Origin: Malacoraja senta
Taxonomy: Eukaryota
DNA: 64,000 bases
Reading direction: 5' to 3'
NCBI GenBank assembly: GCA_038087875.1
Contig: CM075991.1
Coordinates: forward strand, 13,642,001-13,706,000
Numbering within the stretch: position 1 is the first letter of the stretch; the number at the start of each line of letters is the position of its first letter. Below are positions 11,161 to 24,298 of this stretch, one piece after another. The position numbers and the translations under genes were made by a program. The notes below the pieces were generated by a model that was given only the letters and a program-made list of their open reading frames with translations, made no database searches and was not told the origin of the DNA.

Positions 11161-12464
11161 TGAACACTTCCCTCAACACCTTGGTCACTCTGCTCCTTCC
11201 CTGTGTATGCTCACCTCCCAAACCAGTCTCATATTTCACTCTATCCACTTCCACCCGTATCCCTCCCTCCAGCTTTATGTTTCACTTCTCATCTGTTGCA
11301 CCTTTTGTCTCCTTGTCACCCCTAGCCAATGTCACAACCCATCACCCTCTCACCCTGTATCCACTAATCACACAACAGGCTTTGTCCTGCTCCCACCTCT
11401 TTCCCACTTTCTCAACCCAACTCCATCAGTCTGAAAGGGTCCCAACAAGAAACAACAGCATCTGTCCATTCCCTTTGTGGTCGGGTAGATGGTGCCTGAT
11501 CTGCCAAGTACCTCCAGCACTTGTTTTGGACCAGGTTACATCCCCCTGGTTAAAGTAATCCTAGTTGGCTGCTGTTGCAGGGAAAGTAGTTTAATGTTGA
11601 TGACACTTGAAGTCTCATTACAAATTATCAATCCTGCCGTTCACCCTACTGTAGTTTTGGAATTTGTCTAAATCTACATTTGGTTTGAGTGTGTTTGTTG
11701 CCAGAATCCATTTCTTCTCCTCTCTGCTCTTTTGTGAAGGTGACCAATTAGTGTTAGTTTCATTTCCACTTTCTCTACCCTTCTCCATCAGTCTGAAGAA
11801 GGATCCCAACCTGAAACATCTGTCCATTCCCTTTGCAGGCAGGCAGATGTTGCCTGACCCACTGAGTACCTCCAGCACTTTGTTTTAGACCAGGTTACAT
11901 CCCCTGGTTAAAGTAATCCTAGTTGGCTGCTGTTGCAGGGAAAGTAGTTTAATGTTCATGACACTTGTTTTGAACTCATTAAAATTAGGTAATCTTGCCC
12001 CTTCCATTCACCCAACTGTAGCTTTGTTTGGAATTGGTCTAAATCTATATTTGGTTTAGTACGTTTGTGTCTGTTGCCAGAATCCATTTCCTCTCCTCTC
12101 TGCTCCTTTCTAAAGGGGTGACCAATTAGTGTTAGTTTCCACCCAGGATCTCCAAAGACTGGGTCCTCTGATGCAGGAAGAGTCTGCCAGGGTTAGACTG
12201 TCTTCCCCATTCTGCCAAATGTTGCATAAACTGGGCCAAACTTCACTATTGTTCCTTTATCTGTACGTCTCATTTAATTCAAAGTATTTATTTGTCAGTT
12301 CAAGTAGTATCTGGTTTGTCATGGTGTGTTTCTCCAGATATTTGAACTGCCTGTATGCTCCTATCTGTTTCTGTTTGTGCACAGGGTCTCAATGTCCATG
12401 GTAAAGGGCACAATATCAGGGCAGTGTCAGGGAGAACACGACATGTGACATGGTACGTTTCACA

Positions 12465-13065
12465 TTTAGAGACACAGCGCGGAAACAGGCCCTTTGGCCC
12501 ACCGAGTCTTCACCGACCAGCGATCCCCGCACATTAACACTATCCTACACACACTAGGGACAATGTTGCATTTATACCAAGTCAATTAACCTACAAACTT
12601 GCACATCTTTGAATAGAAACATAGACAATAGGTGCAGGAGGAGGCCATTCGGCCCTTCGAGCCCGCACAGCCATTCAATATGATCATGGCTGATCATCCA
12701 ACTCGGTATCCTGTACCTGCCTTCTCTCCATACCCCCTGATCCCTTTAGCCACAATGGCCACATCTAACTCCCTCTAAAATATAGCCAATGAACTGGCCT
12801 CAACTACCCTCTGTGGCAGAGAATTCCACAGATTCACCACTCTGTGTAAAAAATGATTTTCTCATCTCAGTCCTAAAATACTTCCCCCTTATCCTTAAAC
12901 TGTGACCCCTTGTTCTGGACTTCCCCAACATCGGGAACAATCTTCCTGCATCTAGCCTGAAGATCTCTGAGAAAACCCACTTGGTCACTGGGAGAATGTA
13001 CAAACTCCGTACAGAACCCGTGTCTCTGGTGCTGTAAGGCAACAACTCTGCCACTGTGCTGCCCT
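12465..13065 (-). mobile_element. tRNA-SINE split by a nested CR1 3' fragment (~12612-12958)
   Basis: SINE 3' part at 12465-12610 and 5' part at 12960-13065 flank the CR1 tail sequence. Confidence 0.78.
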
Positions 13066-14783
13066 TCAACAAAGCTGGCATGTTGCTGTGCCAGGGAATT
13101 ACAGTAGTCAATGTATTCTGCTACCCTGTAGGGTTCACTACAATCCTTTCAATGGTTGATCCTGTTTCTCACGACATTTAATCTCAATTGGAATCTCTTC
13201 CTCTCTAGATGTCCAGTGTGAAGGAGGATGTCGGCAGACTTCAAATCACTAACATGACATTGGTTTGTTTTGTATAAAACTTGTTCTATGTGAATATGGT
13301 TATGGAGTTGGTACAAAGGTAAGGCCCCTGTTTAGAACCTTCTCTTGGGCTTCAGTGTGGATGAAGGTTTGGGAAAGATTAACAATTGTTTTCTCTAATT
13401 GGGCTCAGCCTGTCTCAGCTTGGGGCCCACTTTAGTTTGAAGATTACATTTCCCCTCTCCCTCGTTAAGGTTTATTCACTAAAGTTGTGGTCTGGGCCTA
13501 CTTGAAGGAGTTTAACAGGGATCACTGGTATGTACTTGTGTCTCTATTTAGTAGTGAGTTTCTGCCTGTACCTGGGGCTGTTGGTCAGGGTGGGGACAGT
13601 GAGGGGGATGTATGGGGGGTGAGATATTGGTTCCACATGCCAATGTGGTGGATTCCCCTCCACCAGCATGACACCAATGATCACCTGCTCCTGTCAGCAC
13701 TTGACTGGATGGCTCTGCCTTCTGTCTCTGGACTTTGTGTGTGTGTACTTGTGCTTGAGGAAACGATGACCTGAAGACTCGTCCAATCTGAGGTCTTGGC
13801 TGGGGAACGGCCACTTTGGTCTGACCCATGAGATCATTACCCTTGTCCAAATCCACTTGCCTTCATTAGACTCCCCATTTCCTCATAGTCTTGGCCTTCA
13901 TCCTAACAAGGATTTATCTGGGCTTTGGCCATGCCATGGAACAAATAAAAACTGCTCGCAGAACTCAGCGGGTCAGGCAACATCTGTAGAGGAAATGGAC
14001 AGATGACTTAGCTTGGAAGCCTTCAGGCTGGAGTAGTGGGAGAAGGTTGGAAAAGGGAAATGGGGCAAAGCTTGGCAAGTGATGGGTGGATGCAGGTGAA
14101 GGGATGAATTGCAGATGGTGGAGAAAAGGACAGAGGTGAAAATGTGACAAAACATTCCAGAGGTGTGAAATGTAAAGCTGGAGCGAGGTATGCGGGTGTA
14201 ATGGGATGGGTCTGCGGGTGTAATTGGACGGGTGTAATGGGACCAGAAGGGATAAAAGGGAATGTGATTTCGAGATGGGGATGAGTGTACTGATGAAGGG
14301 ACACCCACTCTTTCCCTACACTCCCCACCCTGGTGTGCACCTCACTCAACACTCCAGTCACCCTACTCCTTTCCCCTCTAATGTACGCTCATCCTTGTCC
14401 CATATTCCCCTCTTTCCCAGATCCCTCCCTCTGGCTTTCCATGTCACACCTACATAGACATAGACATAGAAAGTAGGTGCGAGAGTAGACCACCAGGCCC
14501 ATCGAGCCCGCACCGCCATTCGCTCATGGCTGAACACTAAACAGACACCCTTACCCACAAACAGTAGACACAAGACACAGAACACAAGACACTACCCTCC
14601 CCTTTATATCGCTATCACCCCTCTCCACCCCAAGAACCGCGTGATCTCCTGGGGGAGGCAAAAAACCGGATAAAAACCCAGGTTCAATTCGGGGAAAAAA
14701 TCCGGGAAATTCCTCTCCGACCCCAATCCAGGCGATCGACACTTGTCCAGGAGATCACTCGGGTCTTACTATACTAACCATAC

Positions 14784-17677
14784 CTAGGTCCATATCCCTG
14801 CCCTCTCCCCGTAGCCCCTTATCCCCTTGGCAGCTAAAAAAACATCTATTTTAGACTTAAACATATTTAATGTTTCTGCTTCCACTGCTCCCTGGGGCAG
14901 TGAATTCCATAAATTAACCACCCTCTGGGTGAAGAAGTTCTTCCTCATCTCAGTTTTAAAAGAGCCCCCTCTTATTCTACAACTATGTCCCCTAGTTCTA
15001 GTTTCCCCGATCATTGGGAACATCCTCGGTGCATCCACCCGATCAAGGCCCCTCACGATCTTATATGTTTCAATGAGATCGCCTCTCATTCTTCTAAACT
15101 CCAAAGAGTAGAGTTCCAGCCTACTTAACCTTTCCTCATATGTCAATCCCCTCATTGCAGGAATTAATCTTGTAAACCTTCGCTGCACTGCCTCCAGGGC
15201 CAGTACATCCTTTCTTAAGTATGGACCCCAGAACTGTACACAGTATTCCAAATGTGGTCTCACTAATACTGTGTACAGCTGCAGCAAGACCTCCGTGTTT
15301 TTATACTCAATCCCCCTAGCAATAAAGGCCAAAACTCCATTGGCCTTCCTGATTGCTTGCTGCACCTGCATACTAACTTTTAGTGATTCATGTACTACTA
15401 CCCCTAGATCCCTTTGCGTTGCATTACAACGCAGCTCCACCTCATTTAGAAAATAACTTGCCCTATCATTTTTTTTCCCAAAGTGAATGACTTCACATTT
15501 ATTAGTATTAAATTTCATCTGCCAAGTTGTTGCCCACTCACCTAGCTTATCTATATCCTTTTGCAGACTCTTCCTATCCTCCTCATCCCCTACTTTTCCT
15601 CCCATTTTTGTATCGTCCGCAAATTTTGATATATTACACTTGGTTCCCTCCTCCAAATCATTTATATAAATTGTAAACAACTGGGGTCCCAGCACCGACC
15701 CTTGCGGAACCCCGCTAGTTACCGGTTGCCATCCCGAGTATGAACCATTTATCCCCACTCTCTGCTTCCTATTTGTTAGCCAATCCTCTACCCATGCTAA
15801 TATATTGCCCCCAATCCCATAATTTTTTATTTTTAGCAATAGTCTCTTATGTGGCACCTTGTCAAAAGCCTTTTGGAAGTCCAAGTATACCACATCCACC
15901 GGTTCCCCTTTATCCACCCGGGTTGTTACTTCCTCAAAGAATTCGAGCAGATTCGTTAAACAGGACTTCCCCTTCACAAAACCATGCTGGTTCTGTCCGA
16001 TGAAGTCATGTTTATCCAAGTGCCCCGTTAGTGTTTCTTTAATAATTGTCTCTAACATTTTACCCACCACCGATGTTAGACTAACCGGTCTATAGTTACC
16101 CGCCTTCTGTTTACTTCCTTTTTTAAATATAGGTGTTACATTGGCCATTTTCCAATCCACTGGGACCGTTCCTGCCTCCAGGGAGTTTTGGAAAATTATC
16201 ACCAATGCATCCACAATCCCCACCGCTATCTCCCTCAAGACCCTTGGATGTAATCCATCAGGCCCAGGGGATTTATCCTCCTTCAGTCTCATTAATTTCC
16301 CTAATACCACCTCCTTGGTGATCTTAATAGTATTTAGCTCCTCCATTCCTACCGCCCCCTGTTTATCCAGCGTTGGAATATTTTTTGTGTCTTCTATGGT
16401 GAAGACTGATACAAAATACTCGTTTAATGCCTTTGCCATTTCCATGTTCCCCACCAACAACTCTCCAGTCTCACCCTCCAATGGACCAACGTTCACCTTA
16501 GCCACCCTTTTTCTTTTTATATAGCTATAAAAACTCTTACTATTAGTTTTTATGTTGTTCGCTAAATTCCTTTCATAGTCTATTTTCCCCGTCTTAATTA
16601 ATCTCTTAGTTATTTTTTGCTGACCTTTAAATGCTTCCCAATCCTCTACCCTCCCACTATCTCTAGCTACCTTATATGCCCTTGCCTTCAGCCGAATACT
16701 ATCCTTTATAGTTTTACTGAGCCATGGCTGACTGTTCTTTCCCTTACCCCTTTTTTTCTTCATAGGAATAAATTTTTCTTGAAGGTTATACAGTAGATCC
16801 TTAAACGTACACCACTGCTCATGTACCGTCTTATTCTTGAGTCTGCTATCCCAGTCAACTTTGATCAGCTCAGTCCTCATACCTTCATAATCCCCTTTAT
16901 TTAGACTAAGTACCCTAGCCTGAGTTTCAACCTGCTCTCCTTCTATTTGAATATGGAATTCGACCATATTGTGGTCACTTGTTCCCAACGAGTCCCTAAC
17001 TATGACATTTTTAATTAATCCTGCTTCATTACACAGGACCAGATCCAAAATTGCCTCCCTCCTTGTCGGTTCTGTGACATACTGTTCTAGGAACCCGTCT
17101 CTAATACATTCTATAAACTCTTCCTCTAGTCTACCCTGCCCAGTTTGGTTTGCCCAATTAATATGAAAATTGAAGTCCCCCATGATTACAGCAGTTCCCT
17201 TTTTACATGCGTCAACTATTTGCAGATTTATGTTCTGACTAACAGCGTCACAGCTATTTGGAGGTCTATAAATTACACCCACTAGTGTTTTTTTCCCTTG
17301 TTATTCTCTATCTGTACCCAAGCTGTTTCACTATCCTGATCCTTCAACGCAATATCCTTCCTCTCTATTGCCGTTATTCCCTCCCTTATTAAAAGGGCCA
17401 CCCCTCCTCCCTTTCTTTCCTGTCTATCTTTTCTAATTGTCGAGTACCCCTCTATATTTAACTCCCAATCCTGATCCCCTTGCAGCCATGTCTCCGTAAT
17501 GGCCACGATATCATAACTATAAGTACTTAATTGCACCGTTAATTCATTTATCTTATTTCGAATACTCCGTGCATTTAGATACAGCACTTTCAGATGATTT
17601 TTACTACCCTTCCTTTCTGTTTTTGCCCCTTTTACATCTAGAGCTTTATCTTCACACATTCTGGATCCTCCTGTCAC
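14784..17677 (-). CDS. CR1 ORF2p (APE endonuclease + reverse transcriptase), split by one frameshift at ~17282-17295
   Basis: EN motifs YLNARS, ETWL, GDFN, SDH; RT motifs NYRPVSLT, LDFQKAFD, GVPQGSVLGP, KFADD. The 131-aa and 832-aa ORFs abut at an A7 run. Confidence 0.92.
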
Positions 17678-17766
17678 ATTTTGATTTTCCGTTTCCCCAC
17701 TGATACCCTGCTCTATTTCCTCTACCCCTGCCGTTATTACCCCCCTTGATACCTCCCCCCCGCTAC

Positions 17767-18720
17767 TTAGTTTAAAGACCTCTCTACTGCCCTAGTTATA
17801 TGATTTGCCAGGACCCCAGTCCCAGCACCGTTCAGGTGAAGTCCGTCCTTACAGAACAGATCCCCCCTGTCCCAGTACTGGTGCCAGTGGCCCAAGAAAC
17901 CAAACCCATTTTTCCCACACCAGTCTTTGAGCCACGCATTCAGCTTTTTAATTTTTCGTACCCTCGCCGATTTGGCCCGTGGCTCAGGTAGCAATCCGGA
18001 GATCAGTACCCTCGAGGTTCTGCTTTTTAATTTATTCCCTAACTGCTCAAACTCGTTCAGCAGATCCTCCTTCCTCGTCCTTCCTATGTCATTGGTCCCC
18101 ACATGGACCACGACCACTGGATCCTCCCCCTCACTCTGCAAATTTCTCTCCAGCATCGCAGAGATATCCTTAACCCTAGCACCGGGTAGGCAACACAGCC
18201 TTCGGGACATGTTCTGCTGGCCGCAGAGAACCGTATCTACCCCCCGAATAATACTATCCCCTATCACAATGGCATTTCTTCTAACTCCCCCCTCTTGAAT
18301 GGCCCCCTGATCCACGGTGCTGCAGCCAGGTTGCTCATCCCTCCCACAGCCCCTGATCCCGTCCTCACATTGAGTAAGAGCCTCGGTCATGCTCGTCAGG
18401 GACAGGGGCTGTGGCTCCTGCCGCATCTCCTCCTGGTTCCCCCTACCTGCCTCGCTTATGGCCACACCTTCCTTTCCCTGCTCACTAACTACTGAATTAG
18501 TTAAACTGGTCGGTGTGACCATCCCCTGGCACAAAACATCCAGGTAATACTCCCCCTCCCTGATGCACCGCAGCGTATGAAGTTGGGTCTCCAGCTCATC
18601 AATGCGGAGCTCGAGTTCCGCTAGCCTCAAACACTTACTGCAGCTGTAGGGATCATCTACATCAATGGTGTCGACAATTTCCCACATCTCACAGTATTGG
18701 CACATCTCCTGGCCGCCCAT
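17767..18720 (-). CDS. CR1 ORF1p: Cys-rich zinc-finger-like N-terminus, coiled coil, SGNH/GDSL esterase domain (317 aa)
   Basis: CQYC...CSKC, heptad LAELELRIDELETQL, and esterase blocks IVIGDSII, VHVGTNDI and DGLHL. Confidence 0.92.
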   Translation of the reverse strand: MGGQEMCQYCEMWEIVDTIDVDDPYSCSKCLRLAELELRIDELETQLHTLRCIREGEYYLDVLCQGMVTPTSLTNSVVSEQGKEGVAISEAGRGNQEEMRQEPQPLSLTSMTEALTQCEDGIRGCGRDEQPGCSTVDQGAIQEGGVRRNAIVIGDSIIRGVDTVLCGQQNMSRRLCCLPGARVKDISAMLERNLQSEGEDPVVVVHVGTNDIGRTRKEDLLNEFEQLGNKLKSRTSRVLISGLLPEPRAKSARVRKIKKLNAWLKDWCGKNGFGFLGHWHQYWDRGDLFCKDGLHLNGAGTGVLANHITRAVERSLN

Positions 18721-20002
18721 CTTATATAAGTAATTAACTGGTCCTATTAAGAATCCCCTACCCGGATTACTGTAATTAAAACACCCCTTATTTATATAAT
18801 CCTACCTCCTATAAATGGGAAAGTACTTACCCCAGCCGTAAATTACCTACTGGTTTGGCTGTCTAGTGGTAATTCCGTCCGCTCTTTCTGTCTGGTCCAC
18901 TGCTCCCTTGCAGTGCATGGCCTACCTCTTAGCCCCTGTTAGCCTCTCGAGCCGCGGCTCCGTCCTTCCTCCCTCGGCGACAGCCCGGGCCGCACCTGTG
19001 GCACCTGTGGCACCGCGGTCGTGACGTCCCTTCCGTTCCAACTGCCACTGATTACTCGCTGCACTCTGATTACCTCGCTACACCTCTTCTTGTCTGATAT
19101 TTGTCTCCTCTTCACCTCTAGCCTTTGTCACTACTCCTCTCTCTACTAATCAGTCCCAACTGTATCCAGCATCACTCACCAGGCTTTGTCCTGCTCCCAT
19201 CTCTTTCCAGCTTTCTCCCAACTCCATCAGTCTGAAGAAAGGTCCTGATCTGAAACATCTGTCCATTCCTTTGCAGTCGGGCAGATGGTGCGTGACCCAC
19301 TGAGTACCTCCAGCACTGTTTCTGACCTCGTTATTCCTTGGTTAAAGTTATCCTAGGGAAAGTGAGGTTAATAGTCATGGCTCTTGAGTCTTATTACAAT
19401 TTACCCATCCTGCCCCTTCTATTCACCCTACTGTAGTTCTTTAAAGTCAGTCTATATATTTGGTTTGGCGAGTGTCTGCGTTGCTGCAATCTGTTTGCTT
19501 TCTGCTTTCATCCTCTGAATAATTTGTTAATTTCTACCCAGAATCTCCAAGGACTGGACCTGTGCTGCTGGAAGTGTCTGCTGGGGTTACAGTCTTCCCG
19601 TTCTGCCCAAATGTTGGTGTGAGATGGAATAAACTTCTTCCCCATTGCTGTTCTCCTGATACACAAGTCTCATTTAATTCAATGTTTTTGTCAGTTAAAG
19701 TAAAGTCTGGTCTGTTGCGGTCGGGTTTCCTCTGATATTGTGAACTGCTGCACGCCCTGTAACGTTCCTGCAACGTTATCCAGTCTATCTGGATTTGATC
19801 TTCATGGAGATGGTGTGAAGGTAAGGCTCCTATTTCAACCCCTCTTTTGGTTTCAGTGGGATAAGTTTTTGAAAGATTAACAATGGGGTTTCCTATTTAT
19901 TTTTGGTGAAGGGTTTTATAATTCAGGATGCTGGATCTTTAACAATAAAAGCAGAGGTGGAGGAACTCGATGGGTCAGGCTGCATCTGTCGGCTGGCTCG
20001 GA

Positions 20003-20405
20003 GATTTGTAGGTTAATTGGTTTTTGTAAACTGTCCCTAGTGTGTAGGATAGTGCTAGTGTACGGGGTGATCGCTGGATTGTGCTGGATTGTGCAGGATA
20101 GTGCTAGTGTACGGGGTGATCGCTGGATTGTGCAGGATAGTGCTAGTGTACGGGGTGATCGCTGGATTGTGAAGGAGAGTGCTGGTGTACGGGGTGATCG
20201 CTGGATTGTGAAGGAGAGTGCTGGTGTATGGGGTGATCGCTGGATTGTGCAGGATAGTGCTAGTGTACGGGGTGATTGCTGGATTGTGCAGGATAGTGCT
20301 AGTGTACGGGGTGATCGCTGGATTGTGCAGGATAGTGCTAGTGTACGGGGTGATCGCTGGATTGTGCAGACTCGGTGGGCCAGATGGCCTATTTCCACAC
20401 TATCT
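20003..20405 (+). repeat. SINE 3' half with an internal 39-bp tandem expansion (~8 copies)
   Basis: Unit gtgcaggatagtgctagtgtacggggtgatcgctggatt; single-copy in the SINE at 21395-21437. Confidence 0.92.
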
Positions 20406-21207
20406 CTAATTATTTTTTATTCATGGTTCTTTCAATTCGGGGCGCTGGAATCTTGAGCATAAACAACAGTGCTGGAGGAACTTGGTGGGTCAGGCAGTAA
20501 CTGAAGAAATGGACAGATGACTAATCAGGTCGGGAGCCTTCAGACTGAATTACGGGAGAAAGCTGGAAATGAGGTGGGGGTGGGGCACTGCCTGACAGGT
20601 GATGGGTGGATACAGGTGAGTGGGTGATGGGCAGATGGGTGGAGTAAGTGACAAAGGCTGAAGGTGAAAGTGATAAAACGTGTTGGGTAAGGACAAGAAC
20701 TGTGAAATGTAAAGCCATAGGGAGGTGGGTTGGGAAGGTAAAAGGGAAATATGGGACAAGGAGATGGGAAATGAGTACTTCCCTTCACCCCCCCCCCCCC
20801 CAAACACCCTGGTGTGCTAATTGACTGACTAACTAACTAATTAACTCACTAACTAACTAACCAACTAACACTGGTCCTTTCCCTTCCTCTGTACGCTCAT
20901 CTCTCAAACAGGAAAGTTGCTGACCTGAGATGTCATCTGTCCATTCCACTTGCAATCAGGCAGATTGTGCCTGAACTGCTGAATGCCTCCAGCACTTTGT
21001 CTTTGGACAGAGCCATTTTCCCAGGTTAATGTAATTGTGGTTGGCTCCTGTTACAGGGAAAGTAGAGTTTAATATTTGTGGTGTATTAATTTGACTGTTT
21101 TGTACATCTTTGTCGGCTCTTGGGATCTGGTCTTTCTGGCGATTACTTTAAGGTAAGGCCCCTGTTTCAAAACCTCTCTTGGGTTTCAGTGTTTGGGGGA
21201 AAGATTA

Positions 21208-21472
21208 GGCAGCACAGTGGTAGAGTTGCTGCCTCACAGCGCCAGAGACCTGGGTTCAATCCTGACAACATGTGTTGTCTGTACAGTTTGTATATTCTGC
21301 CTGTGACCATGTGGGTTTTCTCCAGGTGTTCTGGCTTCCAACACCAAAGACATTCAGATTTGCAGGTTAATTGGTTTTAGTAAACTGTCCCTAGTGTGTA
21401 GGATAGTGCTAGTGTACGGGGTGATTGCTGGATTGTGCTGACTTGGTGGACCAAAGGGCCTGTTTCCACACT
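21208..21472 (+). mobile_element. tRNA-derived SINE (HE1-like)
   Basis: B box GGTTCAATCC; body matches 7762-8030. Confidence 0.8.
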
Positions 21473-24298
21473 TTAGTTGGTCTTAATGTATTTATTTTAG
21501 TACAATGTGAAGAAGGATCCTGTTCTGAAACATCACCTATAAATGTTCTCCAGAGATGCTGCCTGACCTGCTGAGTTACTCCAGCACTGTCTATTTTTTT
21601 GTAAACCAGCACCTGCAGTTCCTTGATTTTCATCCCAAATCTTCCCTGGTTTCAGGGCTTTTACAAACTTTGGCATCTGTACAATGGGTGCATTACAGGG
21701 AAAGGAAACGGGTCCCAGACCAATAAAGCACCATTTTGCAGTAAAGAGAACAATTATATCTAATTTATAGACAGCACTCCCAATGTGCAGTGAATTTGTA
21801 CAACAGGTCGCTTCAGTTTGTGGTCAACACTCCCACCGTGTGGTGATCCACTGCACTGCAGACCCATCCAATTTGTGGTCAACACTCCCACCGTGTGGTG
21901 ATCCGCTGCACTGCAGGTCGATGTGACGTGGACAAAGTACGTTTAACTCTGGTCAGGCAGCATCTCTGGAGAACGTAGACAGGAGTATCTTTTTGTCCAC
22001 ACTTACTGCGTTGCACCGCATACCGCACAGTGAGGAATTTCTTTAGTCGGAGGGCGGTGAATCTGTAGAATTCACTGCTACAGAGGGCTGTGGAGGCTGT
22101 CGATGGATATTTTTAAATTGGAGATAGATTCTTGATTAGCAAGGGCGTTAACCATATAACCATATAACAATTACAGCACGGAAACAGGCCATCTCGGCCC
22201 TTCAAGTCCATGCCAAACACTTTTTCTCCCCTAGTCCCATCTACCTGCACTCAGACCATAACCCTCCATTCCTTTCTCGTCCATATACCCATCCAATCTA
22301 TTTTTAAATGATAAAATCGAACCTGCCTCCACCACTTCCACTGGAAGCTCATTCCACACAGCTACCACTCTCTTTGAGTAAAGAAGTTCCCCCTAATGTT
22401 ACCCCTAAACTTCTGTCCCTTAATTCTCAAGTCATGTCCCCCTTGTTTGAATCTTCCCCACTCTCAATGGGAAAAGCTTATCCACGTCAACTCTGTGTCT
22501 ATCCCTCATTTTAAAGATCTCTATCAAGTCCCCCCTTAACCTTCTGCGCTCCAAAGAATAAAGACCTAACTTGTTCAGCCTTTCTTTGTAATTTAGTTGC
22601 TGAAACCCAGGCAACATGCTCGTAAATCTCCTCTGTACTCTCTCTATTTTGTTGACATCCTTCCTATAATTAGGCAACCAAAATTGTACTCCATACTCCA
22701 GAATTGGCCTCACCAATGTCTTGTACAATTTTAACATTACATCCCAACTTCTATACTCAATGCTCTGATTTATAAAGGCCAGCACACCAAAAGCTTTATT
22801 TACCACCCTATCTACATGAGATTCCACCTGCAGGGAACTATGCACAGTTATTCCTAGATCCCTCTGTTCAACTGCATTCCTCAATTCGCTACCATTTACC
22901 ATGTATGTCCTATTTTGATTTGTCCTGCCAAGATGTAGCACCTCACATTTATCAGCATTAAACTCCATCTGCCATCTTTCAGCCCACTCTTCCAAATGGC
23001 CTAAATCTCTCTGTAGATCTACTTCATTATCCACAACACCACCTATCTTAGTATCATCTGCATACTTACTAACCCAAATTTCCACACCATCATTCAGATC
23101 ATTGATGTACATGACAAACAACAGTGGACCCAACAGACCCCTGAGGCACCCCACTAGTCACCGGCCTCCAACCTGACAAACAGCCATCCACCATTACTCT
23201 CTGGCATCTCCCATTCAGCCACTGTTGAATCCATCTTGCTACTCCACCATTAATACCCAACAATTGAATCTTCTTAACCAACCTTCCATGAGGAACCTTG
23301 TCAAAGGCCTTACTGAAGTCCATATAGACAACATCCACTGCTTTACCCTCATCAATTTCCCTAATAACCTCTTTGAAAAATTCAAGAAGATTAGTCAAAC
23401 ATGACCTTCCAGGCACAAATCCATGTTGACTGTTCTTAATCAGACCCTGTTTATCCAGATGCTTATATATATTATCCCTAAGTATCCTTTCCATTAATTT
23501 GCCCACCACTGACGTCAAAGTAACAGGTCTATAATTGCTAGGTTTACTCTTGGAACCCTTTTTAAACAATGGAACAACATGCGCAGTACGCCAATCCTCC
23601 GGCACTATTCCCGTTTCTAATGACATTTGAAATATTTCTGTTATAGCCCCTACACTAACTTCCCTCAATGTCCTAGGGAATATCCTGTCAGGACCTGGAG
23701 ACTTATCCGTTTTCATATTTTTCAAAAGTGTCCACACCTCCTCTTCTTTGAATCTCATAGTTTCCATCGCTACTCTGCTTGTTTCCCTTACCTCGCATAA
23801 TTCCATATCCTTCTCCTTGGTGAATACCGAAGAAAAGAAATTGTTCAATATCTCCCCCATCTCTTTTGGTTATGCAGATAGCTGTCCACTCTGACTCTCT
23901 AATGGACCAATTTTATCCCTCGTTATCCTTTTGCTATTAATATAGCTGTAGAAACCCTTTGGATTTACTTTCAACTTACTTGCCAAAGCAACCTCATCTT
24001 CTTTTAGCTTTTCTAATTTCTTTCTTAAGATTCTTTTTACATTCTTTATACTCTTGCAGCACCTCATTTACTCCATGCTGCCTATAATTATTGTAGATCT
24101 CTCTCTTTTTCCGAACCGTGTCCAAATTCCCTTGAAAACCATGGTTCTTTCCAATTTTTACTATTTCCTTTCAACCGAACAGGGACATAAAGATTCTGTA
24201 CTCTTAAAATTTCACCTTTAAATGACCTCCATTTCTCTTCTACATCCTTCCCATAAAACAACATGTCCCAATTCACTCCTTTTAAATCCTTTTGCATC

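Larger units (their letters stand above)
14452..19079 (-). mobile_element. Full-length CR1-clade LINE (~4.63 kb) with 6-bp TSD ACACCT
   Basis: GC-rich 5' UTR, ORF1, ORF2, structured 3' UTR and ctatgt tail. ACACCT lies at 14446-14451 and 19080-19085, and the flanks rejoin into one continuous older repeat. Confidence 0.95.
11160..21200 (+). repeat. Diverged older copies of the subtelomeric monomer, interrupted by TEs
   Basis: The motif ccctggtt...agttggct(g/c)ctgtt(g/a)cagggaaagtag recurs at ~11545, 11900 and 21020 (shortened at 19340). AAG|GTAAGG donors followed by related flanks occur at 13319, 19821 and 21153. Inverted-repeat cores lie at 13950-14450/19085-19320 and 20470-21000. Confidence 0.7.

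Noticed and set aside
6777..11254. Pro-rich and Gly-rich ORFs resembling collagen or extensin
   Set aside because: They coincide exactly with minisatellites whose unit lengths vary out of frame.
13262..13325. Antigen-receptor J segment (ttgttttgt-12 nt-ctatgtg, then YGVGTK)
   Set aside because: The RSS match is poor, the donor falls before the LTV part of the J motif, homologous copies keep neither motif, and there are no V or C exons in the window.
20041..20370. CRISPR-like array
   Set aside because: Head-to-tail repeats without unique spacers, in eukaryotic SINE context.
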